DNA of 64,000 bases from Geosiphon pyriformis uo1 (taxonomy: Eukaryota > Fungi > Glomeromycota). This document shows positions 13,201 to 24,400 of the stretch, piece after piece. The DNA lies in the NCBI GenBank assembly GCA_016748015.1, contig JAAOMT010000766.1:13064-77063 (forward strand), given 5' to 3'. The position numbers were made by a program, and so were the translations under genes. Each line of letters starts with the position of its first letter. Positions within the stretch are counted from its first letter, which is position 1. The notes beneath the pieces were generated by a model, which saw only the letters and a list, made by a program, of their open reading frames with translations, was not told where the DNA came from and made no database searches.

Positions 13201-14800
13201 CAATCTTTAAAATTAATAATCTGATTTTTTAGATTAATAATTGTATATTTTTTACTTTTTTGATTTTTATTGTTATTAATGTTTTATTATTGTAATTTTT
13301 AATTCTTTGGAAATCTTAAATTTTATAGTTTTAAAAACTGGTATTTTATATAAGTATTATATTTAATAAAAAACTTTTGTATATTATTATTGTTAAATTA
13401 TTTAGCCATAAATTATAAAGTCTCTTATTTCTTTTTTTTAAGTTTGTTTTTAAATTTATTAATAGCTTTAAATATTTTAATTTATTATTTATTGGTATAA
13501 AATTTATGTTAAAGTTTTTGTCTTTTTAACTTTTTTTATTGTTGTGTCTTAGATTATTTTAACTGTTAATTTTGTAATTAATTTTAAATTAAATTTTTGC
13601 AATTTTAAATCTTTAATTTGGGTGTGTTGATTAAATTTATAATTAAGTTAATTAGTTTTTTGGTTATTTTGGTTAATTTTTTTTTGGCTAAAAATATACA
13701 CAAAAATTTTAAGATAAAAAAAAATTTAATATATTATTAAAAATTTTAATTAAAAGTAGAATTTGGTAATATAAACAATAATAATTAAGTAATATTAAAA
13801 TTTTTTTTAAGTAATACAATTATTGAATATTTAATAATATTATTATAAATATATAATTTTAATATTAAGTATAATATTAAAAAAATTAAATTGTTTTAAA
13901 GTAAATTTGTTTTTAATAGCTAAATTTAAATAGTTTCATAAATAAATTTAATGAATTAAATTTACTTCTAGCTTTTTTTAATTTAATTTAATTTGTATCT
14001 TAATTAATTTAAATAATTAATTAATATAAAAAATACATGATTTATATATAATTTAAAACTTTTAATATTAAATAATAATTAGATTATATTTATTAAAAAA
14101 ATAATATATATTATACTAAAAAACCAAATTAAGATTTTATATAAAAAAATTTTTATAAAGAAAATAAAACAAATTTATATTGTTTTTTTAAATAAAAATT
14201 AGTTATAATTATATATTTAAAATAATTTTTTTTTAAAAACATATTACTTATTAAAATTTAAATTAATACATATAAAATATATTCAAAAATAATTAAACAA
14301 CAGCTAAAATTACATAATATTTAAAATATTAACATAAAAATCTACAATCATTTTATGTTATACCAAAAAATTAAACTAAAATTTTCACAAAATGATTTTT
14401 GTAAAAAAGATAAGACAACTTTGTATTGTTTTTTTAAATAATTTTTATGTAATAATCACATTTAAATACTAAACTCAAACCAGTATGTATAAAGTAGGCC
14501 TAAAATATTTAAATAACAGTATTCAAAATATTAGCATAAAAATTTATATTATGCCAAAAAACTAAATTAAAATTTTTTTATATAAGATGGTTTTTGTCAA
14601 AAAAGGTGAAATTTGTATTGTTTTTCTTAAATAGCTTTTATGTAAAAATTCTTTACAATTACACATCAGATAAAACAAATGTTGAAAAACAAATAACAGT
14701 TTTAATAAACAATAATCTTAAACACACAAGCTATTTAATCAAATGTTTTATATTAATAATAAAAAATAAAATAATGTGCTTTTTATCAAGCATTGAGTAA
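10300..14800. repeat. Extremely AT-rich fossil TE zone, including a ghost of the family-B LTR near 10860-11000
   Basis: TATTTTATTAATAGTTATAATTAAGAATTATTGTTTTAAT (~10937-10976) aligns to the LTR block TATCCTGTCAATAGCCATAATCAAGAGCTATTGTTCCAGT using only C>T/G>A changes, and is preceded by the same A-rich tract. Confidence 0.6.
14110..14650 (+). repeat. About three diverged ~200-bp tandem units
   Basis: Recurring (C/T)AAAAAA.TAAA.TAAAATTTT...TTTTTGT.AAAAA...TTTGTATTGTTTTT..AAATA at ~14115, ~14360 and ~14550; partial related copy at ~11600-12000. Confidence 0.55.
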
Positions 14801-15199
14801 TTTTTGATTGGTTATTATTATGTACATGTATTTAAAAGAGTATTTTAATATCCTTAGAATTCAGAATTATTTGCATAGGCAGAATAGAAAGTCTCGAACT
14901 TGGGACCAGCATGCATATAGAGAGTATGCACTTATAGAGTGCACTTATGAAGGTATCACTGTAATCAAATATTTTTACTTTTAAAAGAAAAAATTATTGT
15001 TTTTTTGGGTGAAAATCTTTTCGAGACATTTTGCAATTAATCTTAGCTTTCGACATGGTCGAAAGATTAACCAAAGCAAGAACCATCTCTGTATCTTTAT
15101 TATTCCGAAACTCCAAAGTTCACCGACAAATTTACGGGAATATTAAATATAATGTGGTTTAAAAAACGCTGTTTTCAATAATTCGCTTCAAAATAATTA

Positions 15200-17952
15200 T
15201 CAAAGAAATTCTTCTAGGGAGAATTCTAATGCAGAACAAGGATACACTAAGGCATAGTTTTCCAAGACTTTAGGATGGAGGATGCCGAAGCTACCGATTT
15301 TACGGTTTATGGTTGATGACTTACGCAAAAAGATATCGGCGGTACGTTTTGGAAAATAGGTGGGATCTAATTAAATAAAATAAAGACAAGTTTAAGTTAT
15401 CTATTCTTTCTAAATAAAAATTTTCTCAAGCATTTGAGGAATTTCCATGGAGTACTTTCCAAACTATAAAACAACAACTTTTACCATGAAAAAGATGGTA
15501 TGTCTGCCTGATTTCCAATTCTTATAATGTGAAACCATGATAAAAAGGTTACTTTTAAGCTTACCTGATGACTCTCTTATAAAATATCCACTCTCATCAC
15601 CGGAAGGATCAACGAGCTTCTCATGAAGCATGTTTAGCAAAAGATTTAAAAGTCCATGAATTACCTATCAAACAAATAAATTACCATCGTAATTTAAAAT
15701 CACACACAGACCCTTAAAAAAAACACAAACCTCAAACCCAGAAGTCTTGTTACAATAAATCGCGCAAACTTTTCTTTCATTCCTGGCCCGTCGTTCTTGT
15801 GAGTCATCTTTATATACAACATCAGAAACTTCGAATAATTTGATAGGCAATGGATGCTTTTTATTTTCTCTCAAGGTCTTTAATACACCTGGTAAAAGAG
15901 AGGTACGAACAACCTGGTATTCAGCAGTTTTTGGATTTGCTAATTTAACAGCAGAGGTTCCGTTGTCCTCCTTATTAAGATATGCAAAATTTTCATCATG
16001 GGAACACTAGTAGATTTGGTAAAATAAATAATAAGATAAAAACTTAAGTTTAATTTGCATTATGGAAGGGTATTATAAAAGAAATCCGTTTTTACCAAAA
16101 TTAACGGTAAAACCTCCGTCCAACCGGCAAGCGCTAATTCTCTTCTCACCAAATCACAGAGTTTATTTATTGGTAAAGCCTTTCCGACTGTTGCACTGCT
16201 TGGGAAGGTCTTTGGAATGTTATTGAAACCATAAGCTATAGCTACGTCTTCCATTATGTCACAAGCATGTAATATGTCAGCTCTTGTAGGTGGAATCTCA
16301 ACTTTAATTTTTTCTTCTTGATCGGATGAAATAATAGCGGAAAGAGACATGCGGTTCAATAGGGAAATTATTTCTTTTCCAGGGAGATTTAATCCAGTAC
16401 AAGCATTGATATAATTAATATTAGCATCCATTACACGTGGTTTAAGGTCTGGATAAACACGTGACGTTCCATCCGGGTATACAACTTGAACTGGTTCAAC
16501 ACTGGATGATAAGAGAATGATACAATTATTGAAAAAGCATTTATGGATTTTCTCTGCGCTTCATTAAAACTTAACTTACGTGAACTTTTCGCTGCAATAC
16601 ACAGAAAACATTGTAACAATTGTATTCAATACAATATTAGCCTTGGTTAAATCTGTTGCGGTACATTCAATTAACACATCCTTGGTGTTCAAAGTAATTT
16701 TTGATCTATCTCCGTTAATTATGGGAGGTAAGGAGCATATGACATGATTTGCATCATAAATCACTGGGTAGACTGGAAAATCACGAATAATGTGAAGGAA
16801 CTTTCCAAGGTGTTTGTCTGTCTATCGTATTGAATAATAAAAGGAAAAATAGGTTATTATTATCACAATGATATGATTTGATCATGATGAGTGTCTCTTA
16901 CTACATTCCTCATAGAGTTTCATTAATTCCTCTCCATTAAAAGATTTTGTTTGATTTAAAGGTGTGAAACAAATTTCCTTGGGTGGTCGTGCTTCATAAG
17001 AAAAGGGTCCCTTTATGGTGGTGAGATCGTGAGTCCCAATCGCAACGAGGGTACGCTTTCTTTGGAAAGACCAAAATTTTTTAATTAATTCAAAAAAAAA
17101 TACATTGATTGTAACCCGAAAAATACCTGCAGATATTATTATGTAATTTTTCTTGCAAATCGATAAAGTTATTGTAAGACCTTTCGGTGAAGCTAATATT
17201 TCTCAAAATAGCCGCGACTACATACGGTCTGATTTGTGCCATCTTTTTTTTAAAAAACAAAATTTCATGTTCAAAAGAAATTTATCGAAAAATTGAGTTA
17301 AATGCCTTATTAATATATTGATTTCGATCATAAATAAGAGATAACGTACCTCCGATCGAATAAAAATTTTTTCCAGTAGTCCATTTTTGGGCTCAACCAC
17401 ATGATACATGGGTGGTTTCGCTTTTTCTTGGAAAATTAATAAGGCACGAGATATCCCTTCTTGACAAAGAAGATCATATCTGGATAAATCATTTTTGAAG
17501 CAATCAACGAAGATGAGTTTCATATCTACAAAATTCTGGATTTCAGGGCGAAACTATTAAACTAACCTATTAGCGGGTATATCAATCTTCAAAATTGCTC
17601 TATCAGAGGTAGACTCGGCTTTGGCGGCGCCGACTTCTTTACTTAAAATTTCTTTTTCAGACGTCTGACTTAGACAAATTGTAGCGAATTATGATTAAAT
17701 TGCTCAAGTTTTGAAGTGGGATTAGGAAATATTTTAACTCACATCTTCCTCTAGTTCTATTCCGAATTCAAAGCATACTTCACGAAATTCTTCTGTAGCT
17801 TATTAAATGAAAGAGAAAAAAGATTGCATAATAGTGATTAAACCAGTCTTTGGAACAATCACCAGACATTTTAACATGAGACCTCGCTTCTTACAATATT
17901 GTTTTCCAAGTGTTTGAAAAAGTACTTCCTTATCAACATTAACAGTGGGCAT
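15200..17952 (-). CDS. FRS1: Phenylalanyl-tRNA synthetase beta subunit (cytosolic), about 11 exons
   Basis: ATG 17952 MPTVNVDKE; [83 protein letters not shown]; TGA at 15200-15202; GT-AG introns (one ambiguous junction, see findings). Confidence 0.96.
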
Positions 17953-18182
17953 GGCTTGCAAAGTTGTGGGTCCTGTATTTACTAATTCGAATCTGTAATT
18001 GATAATTGAACATCTTTAACACTCTTCCTATGATTGGTCAAAGAAATCTTAAAACCTATGAAAAAGTTATAGGCCATTTTTCTTTCTCCCTTTTCTTTAG
18101 TAGTGCTTCTTTGATTTAAGATTTTTTCTTGAGCTCTTTATTTTCATAAGAAATTTAGATCCTTTAGTGATTCCCAGATAAA
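17953..18182. promoter_or_regulatory. Putative bidirectional promoter between FRS1 and RPS22
   Basis: Only 230 bp between divergent ATGs; ATTGG (CCAAT box) at ~18033; pyrimidine tract at ~18077-18098. Confidence 0.6.
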
Positions 18183-19083
18183 ATGGTCAGAGTATCAGTA
18201 TTGGTATGTATATTAGTGGATTGTACCTTTACAAGAAAGACAAAAATGATTTGCTTATTTGGTTTTGTAATCTGTTAATCTGTATATGTTAGAATGACGC
18301 TCTCAATAACATTGTTAATGCCGAGAAGCGAGGCAAGCGTCAAGTACTTATAAGACCCTCCTCGAAGGTAGTCGTCAAGTTTTTACTCGTAATGCAAAAA
18401 CATGGTAACCTATTTTTCATTTATTACATTAAGTAAAAATAAAAAATACAACTTTTGGGATCGAAGTTATAACTGGATGAAAGTCTTTATTCTTTGGTTG
18501 ACTTTTATTTTTTAATGCTTCGATAGATAAAATTATTGCAATGTACTTACACGCCGTGAACTTATTAATTTATGGGCCCGGCGTTTAATATATTGCTACA
18601 CGACGTTCATTTAAACTCAGAAAAAGCCTGATTTAATATTTTTTCTGCCAAATATAGGTTATATTGGCGAATTTGAGGAAATTGATGATCACCGTTCAGG
18701 AAAAATCGTTATTCAACTTAATGGTCGTCTAAATAAGTGTGGTGTCATCTCACCACGATTTAATGTCAAATTGGAAGATGTTGAAAAGTGGGTCAATAAC
18801 TTGTTACCTTCTCGTCAATTTGGATTCTTGGGTTTGTTTTTCCCTTAATTTTATTGAATCCTTTTTTTGGGCAAAATTTTGTTGATAGTCGAGCTCACTG
18901 AATTAATTTCATTGTAATAGTTTTTACCACCAGTTCCGGTATCATTGACCATCACGAAGCCAGAAGAAAACACACCGGCGGAAAAATTCTTGGTGGGTTC
19001 TTGAATACTCCTACCTTTTAAGCTTTACTTTATTTTGCACACCTTTTTAATAATTAACTATATTTATAGGTTATTTCTATTGA
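18183..19083 (+). CDS. RPS22: 40S ribosomal protein uS8 (S22/S15a), 5 coding exons
   Basis: MVRVSVL|[36 protein letters not shown]|[42 protein letters not shown]|..[23 protein letters not shown]|YFY*; all introns GT-AG. Confidence 0.97.
18458..18603 (+). ncRNA. snR44: Intronic box H/ACA snoRNA, snR44 homolog (guides 18S U106 and 25S U1056, yeast numbering)
   Basis: Hairpin 1 ATCGAAG..CTTCGAT with pocket TATAACT/TTTAATG; H box AGATAA 18525-18530; hairpin 2 GCAATGTA..TATATTGC with pocket CTTACA/TTTAA; ACA at 18598-18600. Confidence 0.9.
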
Positions 19084-19240
19084 AAAACACGTTAAATCTA
19101 GCTTGAATTTATATATTCATTAATATTATTAAAGCACTAGAGTACTTAATATTAAATGGAATTATTATCGTGAACCAGCTATAGTTTATTAAAAGGGAGA
19201 ATTTCTTGCCACGGCACTTAGCTAGGAAATATTGCGCAAT

Positions 19241-21039
19241 TCAATGCGTTTGCAAATCTTCCAAATACCCAGGAATTTCCTCAACCCCCATATTAATTAT
19301 ATCTTCCAAGGCTTGCTCGATAATTTTTACACCTTCCAATAACTCATCTTCACTAATACAAAGAGGTGGAGCCAAACGAATGATATTATTATGGGTTGGC
19401 TTAGCCAATAAACCCCTACTTTTGAGCAGCAAGCATAGCTGCCAGGCGGTTTTCTCAAACTTTGTTTCATCAATAACAATTGCGTTTAATAGACCACGTC
19501 CTCGAACAATTTTCAAAAGAGGTGAGTTAATCTGGCTAAGAGCTGAACGAAACCTTTCTCCAAGAAGTGCAGATTTTTCAACAAGTCCCTCGTCCCTAAT
19601 AACCTCTAGCGCTGCAATGGCAACGGCACAACCCAGTGGATTTCCGCCAAATGTTGAGCCATGTTCTCCGGGTTGAATTGATAACATAATTTCCTTATCA
19701 GCCAAAACAGCTGATACTGGATATACACCACCTGATAAAGCCTTGCCGAGTAGAAGGATGTCAGGACGTACATTTTCATGTTCGCAACAGATCATCTTGC
19801 CCGTACGTCCAAGACCAGTTTGAATTTCATCGGCAATGAACAGAACATTATGTTGTTTGCAAAGGTCGTAACATTTTTTTAAATATCCTTCATCTGGGAT
19901 ATTTATGCTATAAACATGAAATTCAACGAATACGATATAAATTATGAAAGAGCTTTGATTGAGCACGAAATATTACTTCATTATAAGAGAAATAGCCTAC
20001 CCTGCCTCCCCTTGAATGGGTTCGATCAAGAATCCGGCCACATGTTTTCCGTGAGCATTCAGAGCATCTTCTAAATCTTTCACAGAATTGTAGTGTAAGG
20101 TGCCACCACCTGCTGGACAAATTGCTCCGGAATTTGGAAGGTAAGGACCGAACCCTCTTCTTGAATCCGGATCAGTGGACAGGGAGATGATGGCGGTGGT
20201 GCGACCATGAAAATTATTGGTACAACAGAGGATAATACCTTGGTTATCGGGAATGCCTTTCTTCAAATACCCCCATTTACGAGCCAATTTGATCCCGGTT
20301 TCCACTGCCTCCGCACCAGTGTTCATTGGCAGAACCATCTCATATCCAAAGCACTAATAAATGGGAATAAAGAACAAACAAGCTTAAAGAGCTATTACAT
20401 AATATTTGATAATATCGTCAACGTTTGAAAATCGAGAAACTACCCCTGCTGTCTCGAATCCAAGTTAACTTTTGATTTTATTGCATTGTATTATACTATA
20501 ATGTTCATTGTAACCAATTTTACAAAATCTTTTTTAGTATTTAATTTGACCTCAAAATTACCCAATTATATAAAAGGTTGAATTTTGATTTCATTTTCCT
20601 TCAAAACTATATTTACTATTTTTTTTGGATAAAACTGTATTTACCTCAGTTATATATTTAGCATACCTCCCAAAAACCTCATTGTGAAAGGCCCTTGAGC
20701 TTATGCAAAGTTTTTGAGCTTGAGCACATAACTCCCTTACGATCTTTGGGTGACAATGCCCCTGATTGAGGCTGGAATAACCCGAAAGAAAGTCAAGATA
20801 TTTATTTCCTTCAGGATCCCATATATGAACGCCTTGACCTTTGGAGAATACCACGGGAAGAGGATGATAACTAATCAAATCAATATATAAATATATATGC
20901 TGTATATTAGTGTCAAATAATAACAAGTATTTGGCACCACGAATAACTATATTAGAAGGTCTTACTTGTGAGCCCCATGTTTCCTATCCAAATTAATGCA
21001 ATCTTGAGAACTCAAGGGCGTATTATTATTCAAAGCCAT
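19241..21039 (-). CDS. CAR2: Ornithine aminotransferase (class III PLP aminotransferase), 4 exons
   Basis: ATG 21039; GAHN|[82 protein letters not shown]; stop at 19241. Confidence 0.97.
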
Positions 21040-21469
21040 TTGTAAATTCGAACCGTCAAATTTTTCTGACAAAAATAACGAAGGGAAAAGAGTGAATATA
21101 GTTTCCTCGTGGGAAATTTATGTCGAGTGAAGTTGCCTATTTTATATATATTTAATTCTTTAATTTCTAAAATTGAATGAATAAATAAATAGATAGTTTA
21201 TCCTATATTTGTTTTTCAAATATTAATATCTTTTTTGGCATAAGTTATGTATGTTAAATGAAATTACATGTATTGTAATTAATAGTGTTATATAATTTAA
21301 AATTGCAACTTATTTTTAAATTGTTAATAATTAAAAAAAGATTATTTATATAAATATTTTCTGTTATTTTATTGATTGTGTTTTTTGTTTATAATAAAAT
21401 ATTTACAATTATTAATTGAAAATAAATTATTTATATTTCAATTTTTTTTGTAGTTTAATAATAATAGTA

Positions 21470-24400
21470 AAAAACTTCTTTTTTTCTTATATTCATATTT
21501 CCCAAAGAGCATACTTTTAAAAAAGAAGTTTTTTGTTTTTATCTTGTTATTTTTTATTATTATTTCTCAACTCAATAATCTGCTTTCAGTGGTAATATAT
21601 CAAAAAAGAAAATGCCCAAAAGGGTTTTCTCTAGTTCTGCTAAAGGGTCTTTTTCTCAGAAGAAAAAAGTTGTTCTTGGTAATATTAAGCACTTTGGTAA
21701 TAAAAAAAATATAGCACTGGTTAAGTTTAGTTCTGATAGTTTATATTTGAATGCTAATAGTAAGTCTAACAGTAATGAAAACAGTAACATAATAGAATAT
21801 GTCAACAATAGATCTATTCTGGATTCAGTAATTACTATTTTCAAAGCCAAAAAAGTAAATACTGGTGTGATTTAAAGCTTTTTTTTGGCTTCCTCAATTT
21901 TGACATAGATAAAGAAGTCTTGTCTTTCTTTGTTTTCATTAATATTTTTCTAAACAATAGATAGATTAATCTCAAGATTGTTAAGACTCAGTTGAAAGTG
22001 GCAGTTAGGAAATTTTTTGCTTTAAACATTGATCTTTTGGCAGTAAAAGACAAATCAACAACAATAAAAATACAAGTAATCAGGAATTTTTTTTCAGTAA
22101 TCAATAGTTTTAAAAGAGCTACTACTTTCTCAAAATTTGAAGAGATTATTAAATTAATATTTACTTTAAAAATAAGCTTAGAAAAGACCATATTATTGAT
22201 CAGAGAAAAAAACATTATTGTAAACAGCAATTTTAAAAAACAAGAAATCAGATCAAATTAAGTTGTGGTTATCAAAAAAATTCTCATAGATATACTAAAA
22301 AATATGATTATTACTACAGTATTTAAGTTTGAACAAATTAAGTTAATTAAAATACAACTAATTAAGATGTGGCAAAAAGCTATGATAGAATTTGCTAAAT
22401 CAGATTAAGCTGTATATTTAGCATTTAAATAGTTATTTTTAATTAGGAAAAATTCAGTACATGTAACTATAGCTATGGAAAATTGTAATACTTAGATGTT
22501 TAAAAATTACTTTAAGACATTTTTGTTTATCTTACTTATAAGAATAATTGTTTATAATCTTTGAATTTTTTTGGAAAAAGCCAATAGAAAAACTTGTATT
22601 ATTAATTGTTCATTGAATACTCACAATAAGGTTTACTGTATTATAATTGGCTTTAAATCTAATAAAGAATTGGAATCTGCTTTTTATATAAAACCAATTT
22701 TTGGTAATGTAAAACTTTTATAAACTAGATTAAATCTGGTTTGGTGTGATTAATGTGGAAAACTTGGTTATTTTGCTTTAAAATATAATACAACAAATGT
22801 ATTTATTCCTAAGCTTTTAAGGCCAATTTAAAAAAACTAATTCAGATACAAGTCATTTTTAGCTAGCCAAGCTATATGCCAAGAAAAATGTTCTTATCTC
22901 TTGTTCTGCTGTCTTTGGTAGTAAAACTTGGATTCAAGTAGTCTTAATAGCATCTGTATTTTATAATTCATTCTCTGGTTTTGGTTTTCCTCTTTCTAGT
23001 GCCTTAAGTTTTAATAAAAAGTATCATTTCACCTTAATTAATAATCTTTTTCTAAATATCCATTTGGCATTTTTGGAATTTTTCTTAGAGCTTTTGGCAA
23101 ATCAAGTGTTTAGCATAGTACATAAGCTTAACAATGTGAATTTGGTGTCTTTAACTTCTTTTTTTTTTTCTCATGTCTTGGCTAGTTTAATAACTGCTAA
23201 TATGAATTTGAATTTAGATATAGTATTAGATAGTTCAAAGTTTGTGCTTCTGTTTTTCTTTTTGGTTATTGCTGAATTTTTAGTTTTAAGTTTAAGTAGT
23301 TTAAAAGTTTTAACTATTAAGATAGACAGTTTAAAATCAAAATTGGTGGCTTTTGAAATTTTTGTCAATTCTGTTTTGGTAAAATTAGATCAGTTGTATA
23401 CTGGCTCAAATTTTCTGGTATATTCTTCATCTTAATAAATAATTTTGTCTGAAAGATTACTATATATAATGTTAAGAATATAAACAATTTGGCCAAATAG
23501 GAAGATATAATTAGGTAGTACAAGAATTCTGGCAATTGGGTTTTTTTTCTTATTAAAACCAAGCTAAAAGATCAATCTAGATCTTGAATTAAAGACAAAT
23601 TTCAGAGTGTAAAAGTTTTTGTTTCTGAATTGAATATTGGCTATATGAATGCTAAAATAACAATAATGTTAAATGAGTCTTTGACTTGTTATTTGTGCAA
23701 AGTTTTTGAGATTTTGAAATGTTTTATTTTGATATATTTGCTGTTTAATAATAAATACTCTGTTATATTGATTGGTTTATATACTGGTACTTTGGCTAAT
23801 ATGCAGTTTATTCAAGCCAATGAGGTAAACTTTTTTATTATTAAGGCAATCAATTCAAGCTTTTATGTTATATTAAGTAATAATTTCAATGAAAATAGGA
23901 AAAGACACAATGCAAGCTTCAAAAAATACTTTAATCTGAGATTGTACAACTCTTTTTTAAGTGGATCAGCTTCCAAATTCTTGATTTGATGCAATTTCTG
24001 GGGTGTAGAGAAGATTATTAACTACATTTTTGTTAATGAACATTTCTTATCTTTAATAATGATCTAATATGTTAATAGTGTGTTTGAATCTTAGTAATTT
24101 AAATACTATGTAAAAGATTTTAAGAAAGGTAATGGCTAATTTAGCAGATAAAATTCTTTTTAGATACTGCTACAATAAATTTAAGTTCAGAAGAAATGGT
24201 TAATTTTCAAGATTTTATAATTTAGAATTACTTATATTAAAAATAGTAAAGAAAGTAAGTGTAAATAGTAAATCTGGTTTTGATTATCTTATGAGAAAAT
24301 GGTCTAATTTAGATAATAGGAAGGCTTTTAATATTGATATTATAATTTGTAACAATAAAAATATAAATAAGGTTCTAAAGCAGCTATTTTTAATTAAAAA

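Noticed and set aside
19206-19676. 156-aa antisense ORF over CAR2, and similar shadow ORFs (e.g. 35541-35939, 37194-37616)
   Set aside because: They mirror real coding frames on the other strand and have no independent motifs
20354-20645. Long CAR2 intron 2 as another snoRNA host
   Set aside because: Only a small TCGAGA..TCTCGA hairpin; no convincing C/D or H/ACA layout
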